From Botryllus schlosseri (taxonomy: Eukaryota), in assembly GCA_051294905.1 (NCBI GenBank), contig CM119379.1, positions 24,366,001-24,430,000 of the forward strand: DNA of 64,000 bases, given 5' to 3'. Under the pieces are notes generated by a model that saw only the letters and a program-made list of their open reading frames with translations, was not told the DNA's origin and searched no databases. Numbering within the stretch: position 1 is the first letter of the stretch; every line of letters begins with the position of its first letter. The translations under genes and the position numbers were made by a program. Of this stretch, positions 26,901-37,324 are shown piece by piece.

Positions 26901-27825
26901 TTTTATGCTTCCAGCGCCATGCATAGAGTGGCCTGCAGTTCAAATGCAATAAATTTCATACAAAGATGTTATATTGAAGTGAAAATTGTAATATATGTAA
27001 GTTTCACAGTGCAGAACCTACCGAGGTTCGTTTATGAACTGAGGTTCACGCAAAGACCGCGAACATGAACCTCCCGTTCACACCATCCCTAGTATTTACG
27101 TTCTACCATGAATTTGCTATTTGTCTATCAGCAGATCTATCGGTTCTTTCTACAGAAAGAGACTAGCTACGCGCAAAAACTTGATTTTTATGATATTATT
27201 GCTGGGTTTGCTTCGGCGAAAGACACTTTCTCAAGCAATAGAGGACTTCTGAGACGCGGTACATTATTTGTAATTCGGGGCCACAATATCGTAGGCTCCG
27301 GATTCGAGTAGCCTACCTGAATCATTCTACCCAGCCCTGGATATTATTGAATTTGGCGGGCACTTGACGCGGGAGCTCAATTGTGTTGAACGTCTAGTAG
27401 AGTCAATACTATAAGTACTGATAGGCTACAGGAATATACTAATAATCCGGCAATCACCAATTAATCAAGTCTGATAAAGCCTTCTCCAATAAACACGTAA
27501 ACTAAACTTCTAGCCTAGGTCTTATCGAACTTACGAGTCGACTTCGAAAACGCAGAAAAATGGATCACAACAAAAGCGTAGCCATACTCTGTAGGACATG
27601 CTGCGATGTTATCTGATCTCTTCACAAGCAGATATCGATAAATTGACGCACCGGGGCTTCCAGAATCTTTTCCAAACGCTCTGAAACGGATTTCCCTCTT
27701 TTCGCACGTATCAGCACGTATACAGTATCCACTTCCAAACAGCGCAACACTTTCTCCATCAATACTTTGCCCATGAATCCCGTCACCCCAGTAAGAAATA
27801 CCGACTTTCCTGCAAATTTTCCCAT
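20996..27825 (-). CDS. FAR1: Fatty acyl-CoA reductase (FAR1/FAR2 family)
   Basis: Minus-strand exons 27825-27652, 24409-24234, 24174-24102, 24041-23935, 23288-23113, 22335-21918, 21516-21387, 21298-20996 join in frame. Rossmann [24 protein letters not shown], catalytic [32 protein letters not shown]-terminal sterile domain and hydrophobic tail. The paralogue assignment is nominal. Confidence 0.93.
22394..23101. mobile_element. MITE family B-related copy filling a FAR intron, with a family A end fragment inside
   Basis: Ends ggctgcgcaaaatcgagtacctgagtgattc / gaatcatcgtgcgcagcccta; flanks ctcatatc / ctcgtata (6/8); family A 3' end at about 22935-23001. Confidence 0.7.
26004..27091. mobile_element. 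hAT MITE with GAAC/GTTC subterminal motifs
   Basis: 16-bp TIR tagggatggtgtgaac / gttcacaccatcccta; TSD gcatttac / gtatttac (7/8). Confidence 0.9.
26124..26233 (-). mobile_element. Retroposon-like 3' tail fragment
   Basis: Homologous to 41718-41843 (-) and 36001-36060 (+); on its sense strand it ends AATAAA followed by (TC)n. Confidence 0.6.
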
Positions 27826-28737
27826 GTTACGACCCCAACATTACGTTATTATAGTACCATGACCCAACAGTACCCTTATAGAAACTTGATACATCCATTT
27901 TGTATATCCCGTCTTCTTAGTTTGAATGATGCCGATAAATCGTTGCTGACCAAATTCTCTTCTTATAAAGTGATGTTTTTGCAACTCCTAGGTTCCATAT
28001 CGATCTGAACTTTTCGATTTAATGAATTGAGCAAATGACTAACAACAACCGCACTTTCAACTTTGTTACGCAACACACGCCAGGGAAAACGGTTTAAAGT
28101 TCAGCAGAGTTCGCAATGGGGTCGACGGGATACTGCGGTGCTCTATCAGTTTTTGGTCTATGAGCAGATGCGTCGAATTTCATTTTGAACGTCATCTTGC
28201 TATTCATGGTAGTATGGCTCGATAAATTCCTACCAAATTATTTAAATCACGTGATCATTACCTATCCGATGACGGCAATCAAGATCTGTTCTGGTTGAAT
28301 GATTATGTTTAGCGTAATCAGCGAAATTTTGTACCGGGCAGTTCCTGGCACAAACACCCTACCCGCTATATTGCTGTGATACAGCAATGAATTGCTAGAA
28401 ATTCTTGGTAGTAACTTCTTCCCACGGTAGAAAAACTGTAATATAGTTTATAGAGTGTGTCATGTCGTCACGGCCGTTGTTGTTGAGATTTATGCTATAT
28501 TGCCAGAGGGCAATAACTGTGCCACACTTTCACGGGCTATGGACCACCGAAATGGTTATGAATTCTTTATCGTTCAAATTAATAGAATCAGTTTTTGCAG
28601 TGACCTACAGTTGATGTAGAATGTGATTTGATTGATTTTGCAAATTCGTTGGCTATCGTGATGCAATGTTGAAATTTCAGTTGATGGACAGTATTGTCAA
28701 GAGCCGACAATCATCGTAACTTCTAACTTGTAAGAAT

Positions 28738-30710
28738 TAGGGCTGGACTAAGTCAAGAAACTGAGCGATTTTATTCTGAATTAAGTATAGGGCGACGAGT
28801 ATCACTCAGTATGGATGATATGGAAAGTTGAAATATACTATTCAGGCGACCAGACCACAGAGTATAATGCCACCGCCCACTTCTATACATCAAAGATTTG
28901 GTATTTTTTCGACCATACCTACTTGACTTTGAGACAGCGCTATGGGTTGATCACGACTGGACAGAGATCTCATTTCCTCTACTCTAACATGCCTAACTTT
29001 GTAATACCCTGAGTCAGGCCGTGTTATTTTTAGCATATGCCAAAACTGATAAAAATAACTTATTTTTGGCAATTTTCGATTTTTATTTTTGGCAGTTTTG
29101 GCATCGTCCTCTGAAAAGATAGTTTCCGCCTCGAATTAGTCACAAAGACGCTTTATTTGGGCTAGTTTGTCAAAAGACACCACATAATGTGCAGCATCCA
29201 CATATTATAATCAGTGCCAACAAACAATTAGAAGAAGAAAAAACCTAACGATTTCATAGGTTAATAATATCAAACGAAACCACAAAATGTGCAGTATCCA
29301 TCGTAATCAGTGCCAATAAGCAAAAAAAAGAAAGAAAACTCTAACAAACACGCTCAACAGCTAATTGTTACAGCTGTTGAATAGACTTGAATCGTTAGCA
29401 CTGTAACAGTGCTTCCAAACTCAGGTCAGCTAAGTTTCTCCTAAATTCATTCCTCGTCCAGCGAATCTGGGAAATATCGGCTTCAACAGTAGCCGTTGAG
29501 GGAAAGAATGTTGCCAGTCATCCACAAAAGGTTTTCAGAGCTTCAAAATCTTTGGAGGGCCGAACCGGCTTCCATGCATCATGAAAAGAGATCACTTCGC
29601 CAGTGCCATCGATCTCATCGCGGAAAGAATTTTCTTCCCAATCCTTTTCCCGGAGTTTCCTGTTTTGTCTCTCAACACATTCTATTTAGTAGCCCGACTA
29701 TCATTTCTCCTTCAGTCTACCGATATATTTTCGGAGGACTCTTGTCACTTCAGGTGGCTTTAATATTACCAACTCGCATTGAAGAGTCCTGGGAAGGTTA
29801 GCTGACGCAACAAGACTGTCTGGCAAAACGAGACTATGCAGCTCAGAAATAACCAGACAGTTTGTTGCGTCACAATGTTCAACTCGATCACAATGCAAAA
29901 ATCGTGGTTAATTTTGGGGGTTCCAGTTCCATGCGCGGAATATAATTTATATTTTAATAATCAGTACTGCGGCAGCTTCTCATTGATACCCGTTTTATCA
30001 AATTTAGCGCTCGACAAGCCGGTCAAAAATGGTCGTAAAGTTGCCTTAGGACAAATTGAAAGTATGACGTAAACCAAATGCAGTCATCCGTTCAATCTCG
30101 CTGTGCCCACACCATTTAGGACACCATGCTTTCACCCCTAATGGGTGGGCTGAACCCAGATTAAGAAACCTGCCTTTCACAAACGCTTTTCTCGCTTGTA
30201 ACGCGGTCCGGTTAACACAACACCATGAACGAAATACACTATTTGGCATATGCCAAAAATTGCTCATTTTTGGCATTTTCAAATCTTTATTTTTGCAGTT
30301 TTGGCATCTAGCTCCTGAAATGTCAAAAATAACACGGCCTGCCCTGAGTGGAATTGGTGGGGGTGGCAATGTCAAGCGCAACTTTTTGGTTAATTACATG
30401 ACAATTCTATGCAAGAAAACCCCCTGTCACACGTAACTTATTGCCCAAAATAACCACTATCCAGTCTGGTGTACTACATGTTTGATTTTATTTTTCGTAT
30501 GCTTTGATACCATGCTCCAATTGAGGTGTACAGCCGCCCAAGGTGGAATATAGTATCGAAACTACAGTTCTTATTGATAAATCAACTTTTAGTGGTAAGG
30601 ACCGTATAATTTCAGTACTCCAAAAATCATCTCTCATCTTACTACTCGACTGAAATCGCTAGAATTGTTACTCGATTCAGATTCGAATCTCGAATCATTT
30701 TCCTGGCCTA
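28738..30710. mobile_element. Old family B MITE with nested element, ending about 170 bp upstream of the clathrin light chain ATG
   Basis: Degenerate ends tagggctggact / tcctggccta; GATTC/GAATC motifs; TSD gtaagaat / gtaaggat (7/8). Confidence 0.7.
29015..30341 (-). mobile_element. hAT deletion derivative with divergent transposase C-terminus
   Basis: 17-bp TIR caggccgtgttattttt / aaaaataacacggcctg; perfect TSD ccctgagt; minus strand about 29395-29790 reads ...SFHDAWKPVRPSKDFEALKTFCG*LATFFPSTATVEADISQIRWTRNEFRRNLADLSLEALLQC*. Confidence 0.88.
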
Positions 30711-30881
30711 GTAAGGATTACTGTACACTGGTACACGTTTCATTTCATATAAGTATTCCTATCACTTATCACAGTCTATTCTATTACGTCGTGTGGCAGC
30801 TAAAACTGGCATGATCAATATTATTAAACTCCTTGATGTCACTAGCCTTGTAAATATATAAATATATATTTGAGTAACAAC

Positions 30882-33800
30882 ATGGCCGACTTGTTTGGAG
30901 ATGATTTCGAAGCTGCTCAGCCGCCGCCTACCCAGACTCAGGAAGTTGACCCTGCAGCCGCTTTCTTAGCCCAACAAGAAGAAGAAATTGCTGGTTGGTG
31001 ACTGAATATTACAGTTTGAGTGTGATTTCATTTGATGTGCTGTTAAATATTTATGTCTCACTGCTCCACTGTTAGTGACAGACGCGTCTCCTGTGAATTG
31101 CGTGAAATGAATGCCATGATTGCTGCCTGTATGCTAACGACTAATATATATTATTTGTCAGGTCTTGAACAGGAAGCATTCGGTGATACCAATGAATACG
31201 CTGACACTAATGGCCATAACGAGGATTTTCTCGCAGATACCCAACAAACACAAGACAGTGAGTCCTGTTACTTGTAAAGATTGTGGGATCACCCATGGTT
31301 AGGTGTTTTATTTCTACCGGTCCATAAATTCTGTGGATCCTAGCCTGGCTTACCATATATTTTTACTGTTAGCATATTTTTAGCTCCTAGCAGACTTGGA
31401 CAACCAAATAATTTGTAATTGTCTAATTAGAGCAAAATACTTGTAATGTCATTCTCATCTAATCTTTGAAAGTTACTATGCTCTAATTTTAATTCTAATC
31501 CAATTTCGCCAAGCTTAGTATACATATAGGCCCTATATGCTATTCTCATGCTTCTGAGAATGAACTGAACTTGATTTATGTGGTATTTCTTTTGCGAATT
31601 CAGTACAGTAATTTTACTTCTAATCTAATTTGAACAAGCTGGAAAGTTTCTAGTTGTCGAACGCTTTCTGTAAATTGGTGACTTCAAAAGACAATTTATC
31701 AAGCTGGAGTGCCTTGTGAATTCTTGCTAGTATTTTATATTTGGGTTCTTTTTGAAATGAAAATTTGGAATGCGGTGATTGGGTGGGGGCTGTTTTTTAC
31801 TAGAACTAATTGACAAATGCACGGTGTGACGGTATTAACTCGTGAACTCAAAGTAAATATAATACTTGAAGCTTCATATTATAGACTCACTTCTCCAAAT
31901 TCAATTGCAGACGATTTATTCAACGCTCCCGCTGATGACGACAATTTTTTTGGTGGTGGCGGTGATGAAACTGGCGCTGATGTAATTGATGAGATGGACC
32001 CATCACAAGCATATGCTGCTATTGCTGCAGCAGATGCTAGGATACAGGAGTTGAAGGCAGAACCACCGAAGATTGCACAGTGGCGAGAGGAGCACAACCG
32101 AATGTTGCAAGAGAAAGGTAAATATGCAATACTCAAGTCTTTGATTTGGTGCAATATTGCCAGTTCTATTTGCTACCGAACTGGTGGTTACTTCACTTGG
32201 TCATAAATTTTCGGTTGTACTTGTTGCCGGTCGGAAAATTCATTGATTTCAATAAAAAATGTTTAAGTTGCTAGCTCTTATCAGGACAAGAGCATCCAAG
32301 TTAAGTGTCCACTTTAAGGTATCAAAATTAAAAATTACAATATAGTTGAATCAAAATTTAAATTGTTAAGTTGGATGAAGAGCTTCTTGGAGGTACAGAA
32401 CCTCAATATACAATTGCATAGTATATTCATATTGAAATGGACCCAAATATTTTTGGCTGACATTCGTCACTAGTCGCTGACGATTTCCCCTGACGTGTGT
32501 CAGCCGAAAATATTCCGTTAATTTCAATATGAATATACTCAGGGCTGTAATGACTCAAGTCATGACACGCGTCAAGTTGCAATTTTTTTGGTGACTCGAG
32601 TCAATTTTTGTATTGACTCAACTTGTACTCGAGTAATTGTGCTTTACGCGCACCAAGTCATATGACTCGAGACTAGGATGGCCAAGACAGACGTTTCATT
32701 GTAACTTCGAAGAATAGTCAAGTTATTGCATTATTGGTATTTCGTCTATCAGTCCTGATACTTGGAAAATAGGGCTAGAAACTACCAAGAGGAAAATTGC
32801 TATTATTATGAATGCGAGCCATTCTATATCACTCAAGCAGAGTTGAAAAAAGTAGGTTGACCTGGGTTGACCTAGAAACTGAACAGTGAACATAATGACT
32901 TGGGACTCGGACTCGAGTCGAAACACTATGACTCGGACTCGACCCACTACTAGCTGACTTGGACTCGGACTTGACTTGGTGGTGAATTGAGAGTGACTCA
33001 ACTTGACTTGAGTCAAAACTATAATAATGAGATTGACTTGTGACTCGGAACCTTGTGACTTGGTTACAACCATGAATATGCTATACAATTGGATACATGA
33101 AAGAAAATTTGTTGCCAATATTCCTCACTTGCAAACTGATAAAATCGACAATCGCTATGAATCGAATTTGTCCATATTTGTATCCATATTGTCGCATATC
33201 ATAAATGCCAAATGATATCCTACTTTGACTGGATATTCTACTTCTTGTCACCAGACATTGAAGAGGAAAAGAAAAAACAAGACTGGCTTAACCACGCCAG
33301 GAAGGAGCTTGAGGACTGGGAGAGAAACAGGCTTGAACAGCTGGAAAAGACGAAAGAAAATAATAGGTACTGTCCATTGTGATGTTGTATTTTGATGCAT
33401 CAGAATTAACTACTTTGCTTGACTACTACTACTACTACTACTTGGAATATTCCGGAAATGATGCCCGACTCTCTAAATTAAGCGATTTGTCAGCCATTTC
33501 GGATGGAACTTTTGTTTTGTGTATCAAATTTCTGTGTATTTGTATCGACATAAGCGAATCAGTGTATTTCATCGGTGTTTTCAACATGCTGTAATCTTAT
33601 TTGAGCATGAAGCTGTAAAATTTTGTATTTCTGCCTCTTCGTTCTCTGCTTTTCTTCTCTAAAACATATTTCTTTTGGCAAGAATTGCCAATGAAGAATA
33701 TCAAAAGGCATTAGCTGATGACAAGCACGGAATTGGATACACGTATGTTACATGATCACAGAGCTGTCTCAGCCATTGGTGTTGTGGTGTTTTGGTGATG

Positions 33801-34699
33801 GTTTAGAGGGAATTACTTTCATGTAGTCACAATTGATCAAACTGTTCTCTGTGATTAATTGGTTTGACGGGTAGTTGCTTGTACAATGTACAGTAATGAA
33901 TGGTATTGGTCACACTCTTTAGTAAAACTGGATGTAATCTTGTCAAACACAATGTGTTTTCAGCCACATTTTAGAGGTGGATTTACCCGCTAAGATGGCA
34001 TTCGAACAACGTGATTGGATCCTTATGTGTGCTGCATGATTATAGTTGCGATTCATTACTTTTAGTACATGTGTATCAAGATAGCTCTAATATTTTTCAA
34101 AGTCTACTGGGCAAACAATAATCCTACGAGGCTTAAAGCGACACACATACCTGTGGAATATTTCTGATAGTGCCAATATGACTTGAATGTCTGAAACTAT
34201 AATTTTGGATATTATATGCTAGGGCAATCTATTAACTACACTTTTATTGTAGCGTATTCTAGTGGGTTCCATTGTTGGTTACTGAAGTCAAGAAAGTTAT
34301 TAACTCGGGGTAACAGTATTTATGTTCATGAAAATGAGGCTTGGTTGGCTATTAAACATTTCATGGCATCATAGCGCTTTACCTTGCGCTGTCAACTACC
34401 CAGTTCTGATACCATTTACTCTCATGAGAGGTCACTCTTGGGCTGGTCATATAAATACCTTTGTCTCCGAATTCCCCTCACAAATCTTGCATATGTAATC
34501 ATCTTGCAGGGCGGCAGAAAAAGATTTCATTGCCGAGAGAGACGAAAGCAGGCCGGGATCTGAATGGGAACGGGTGTCTAAGTTGTGCGATTTCAACCCG
34601 AAAAGCAGCAAGGGAACGAAAGATGTATCGCGGATGCGATCCACCTTGTTGCAGTTGAAGCAACATAATTCCGTGAAACCAACCGTTGCGGCAAAGTAG
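30882..34699 (+). CDS. CLTA: Clathrin light chain (CLTA/CLTB pro-orthologue)
   Basis: Exons 30882-30993, 31162-31257, 31911-32117, 33255-33366, cassette 33683-33742, 34510-34699. EVDPAAAFLAQQEEEIAG consensus, KIAQWREEH, WLNHARKELEDW, EWERVSKLCDFNPKSSKGTKDVSRMRSTLLQLKQ. Confidence 0.95.
32540..33074. mobile_element. MITE family A (hAT)
   Basis: TIR cagggctgtaa / ttacaaccatg; TSD aatatact / aatatgct (7/8). Confidence 0.88.
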
Positions 34700-35187
34700 T
34701 GACCGACTGACCAATATCAGTCTATGTCCTGTTCCGCCTTGTTTGCTGCAACACTATTTTGGGATGATCTATGACATATTTAGCTCGAATGGCCTCAAGT
34801 AAATCATGATTTGTACTTTCATTCCGTCTCAAAATCATTGTGTGACAGTACCTTACTTGACAGTACGATGCTGTCTCACGGTGAGCGCTGGTTTGTGGGA
34901 ACTTTCGTTGTGGATTGTCTAAATATAATTTTTGTAGAATAAAGCCGCGTTTGATTGGTTGCTTACGTATCTCACCCGCATGTTCTTTTTGAGATGAATA
35001 TTGTGTTCTCTCTTTCCTGCAATGTTTTAGAAATCGCCTGTATTTATCAACATGTACTTGTAAAATCAACTGAGTCATTCTCTTGTGATGAATAGCTCTT
35101 GGAAGGATATCATCGTAGGGCATGTGTTCAGTGATTGTCACTGATGCTGAACCACTTGTTTTCCAGTAAAATCAAGAGGGTCGTGAG

Positions 35188-35700
35188 TAGGGCTGGGCAC
35201 AATGATTCGAGTACTCGAATCTGAATCGAGTAATTATTTTCATGATTCGAGTCGAGTAGCAAAAGACGATTTTTTCGAGTACTGAAATCATACGCTCCTC
35301 GCTACTGAAAGTTATTTTATCATCGAGAATTATGGTTTTGATACTATTTTCCACTGCGGAAGCCTTAAAACCTTGATTTGCCGTATCGCAGCGTACGAAA
35401 CATAGTACAAAGCTACTAAGGTTACTGGAAAAAAACATTTCCGAAGTCATGATCCTCCCACGACATTGTCACAAAGTGCAATGAAAGCGGTAGGGTTGGA
35501 GAAATACCGAAGTATCTTCAACGTGATGGATATCAGGCAATATATTTTTGCGGTGGCATAAAAGGTACATATTTGAACTTTGACATACTATATTGTGCTG
35601 TGACGTCATAATGAGTGATACTCGAATACTCGACTCGACTCGAAGCATAATACGTGATTCAGAATCGAATCACTCAGGTACTCGATTTTGCCCAGCCCTA
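35188..35700. mobile_element. MITE family B (GATTC/GAATC motifs, about 515 bp)
   Basis: TIR tagggctgggca / tgcccagcccta; perfect TSD gtcgtgag. Confidence 0.93.
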
Positions 35701-36453
35701 GTCGTGAGAAACCGTGTACTTATTCAGAGTAGCTTCTTTATATTATCATTATTTTGAGAGTCGTCATGCTTTTAAACTACATCTACTACTCATGTTTGAA
35801 CATGTATTAGAATGGTATGTATATTCATGAGGTAAGTAACAGCAGGATCCGCGAGGACAATCAAACTATAGATATCTATAATCAAACTAAGTAAACAATC
35901 AATCACCTGAGCGATACACTACACGCTTTTGCGTGCGTGGCCATCATATCTGTCATACACCAAACACTGTTCCCAAGTTCCGTGTTTTTTTCTATATTAT
36001 CATTACTGCCGCCTGTTTGTTTTGTATTTTGGTTCGATAAAAAATAAATACTATCTCTCTTCCATGGTAAAGAAGTCATTGGAATTTTCGAGGCAGTGAC
36101 CGCAGTTGAACTGGCACTGATAGGCTTTGAATGTAAAATTGTTTATTGAACTTGACTCGTTGAGTTCCTAATAGTAGTTTGAATGTAGTCGGCCATTCGT
36201 ATAAATTTCATTAATACTTCCAGAATACTAAAAAAAACCGTGTATATCTAGTTCGACCCTATTTTGATGACCGCAGAGCGGGGCCTATGGTATGGGAAAT
36301 TGGTCTTTTTTAGCCAAGCCACGACCATTTTCCATAAAAATCTACCGTTTCAATGTCTGTTAAGATCACTTGTGTAAAGTGTCCTCTGCCGCGGATCTTA
36401 AAATATGGTAACCCTAACTAATGTGAATCAGCCATAACAACAACAACAACATA

Positions 36454-36504
36454 GTTGGGTTATAATTTTCATCTGAACAAGTCACACACAATGTACAATG
36501 CGAT
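36454..36504 (+). promoter_or_regulatory. 51-bp conserved module, copy 2 (PSE-like candidate)
   Basis: gttgggttataattttcatctgaacaagtcacacacaatgtacaatgcgat; one mismatch to 12888-12938. Confidence 0.45.
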
Positions 36505-36511
36505 AAGCCAC

Positions 36512-36676
36512 GCGCAGAGAAACTCCTTATTCGAGTTTTCGGAGATGGGTATTTTGAAATCTGTACCCCCTCGGTGGATACCGATGAAATGTGGTTCGAA
36601 TAGAGCTTTAGTGCAGCTACATGTTAGGTAGGCGTCGAAAGTCAGCCTCAGAACCGCATTGTCATTTCTCTGTCGC
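36512..36676 (+). ncRNA. Candidate multibranch structured ncRNA (about 165 nt), unassigned family
   Basis: Closing stem plus three hairpins and a 13-bp branched arm with a GAAA tetraloop, found by eye; G-U pairs favour the + strand. Confidence 0.4.
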
Positions 36677-36859
36677 AGTGATGATCTTAACGCGTTTGCC
36701 GAACGTGACACTTTAAACTTATAGCTGCAAAAGTTATGGTCCACTTCACTCTGGCTTCGTGCAAACTGCAAACTGCAAAGTGGTAGCAACTGGTACAGTA
36801 AGTTCATTTGGAGGAAAGGTTGAATTGTGGTAAAGAATAAGTTGTTCGGCAGCGAAAAA

Positions 36860-37324
36860 ATGTCGGCACTACGATGTTTACCGCGTTTCATAACTCACCG
36901 CCTGTTCTTGAAATCAACGGCTGTGTTACCAACGTGCGTTGTTTCGACTGCAAGAAACTTCGCAAATTGTACGCAAACTGATTCCAGTTACACGAAGAGG
37001 ACGTTGCTTTTGAATCCACTCCCACAGCATGGCATGACGGATTACCGACGAATGATGAGCTCTGAAAACTCTACTGCAAACGATGTCCGTCAAAGAGTTA
37101 TGTCTTGCTTGACGCAGTATGACAAAATAGACGCAGAAGCCTTGACTGCGGACAGTCATTTTATGAAAGATTTTGGAATGGACAGTCTCGACCACGTTGA
37201 AATCATAGTTGCCATTGAAAATGAATTCTCACTCGAAATACCTGATGATATGGCAGAAACTTTGCTAACCCCTAATGAAATTATCAAATGTGTAATTGAC
37301 AGAATGGAATTATCAGAATTATGA
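36860..37324 (+). CDS. NDUFAB1: Mitochondrial acyl carrier protein, single exon
   Basis: ATG at 36860; basic/hydroxylated mitochondrial presequence-like N-terminus; ACP motif FMKDFGMDSLDHVEIIVAIENEFSLEIPD with the phosphopantetheine Ser. Confidence 0.95.
   Translation: MSALRCLPRFITHRLFLKSTAVLPTCVVSTARNFANCTQTDSSYTKRTLLLNPLPQHGMTDYRRMMSSENSTANDVRQRVMSCLTQYDKIDAEALTADSHFMKDFGMDSLDHVEIIVAIENEFSLEIPDDMAETLLTPNEIIKCVIDRMELSEL

Larger units (their letters stand above)
25936..27221 (+). pseudogene. hAT transposase dimerisation-domain remnant, frameshifted and split by a MITE
   Basis: After removing 26004-27091 plus one TSD it reads [25 protein letters not shown]...[22 protein letters not shown], like the hAT consensus ERSFSxLKxIKTYLRSTM...LDxDxIIxxFASxK. 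Confidence 0.8.
25478..27339. mobile_element. Long family B-related hAT derivative carrying transposase C-terminal remnant
   Basis: Left end aligns to family B (gagtatccctcattttg); right end gaatcattctacccagccctg; encloses the hAT dimerisation-domain remnant. Confidence 0.6.

Noticed and set aside
36409-36418. taaccctaac, a telomerase-template-like 10-mer for TTAGGG
   Set aside because: It lies upstream of the shared module and is followed by a (CAA)n microsatellite; no pseudoknot, CR4/5 or H/ACA domain in the expected order could be built. Probably chance, but cheap to recheck with a telomerase RNA covariance model.
36636-36757. RNase P/MRP-like GAAAGUC with a possible P4 partner CUGGCUU
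   Set aside because: The spacing is too short, the canonical bulged P4 and CR-II/III/V motifs are absent, and GAAA fits a local tetraloop.
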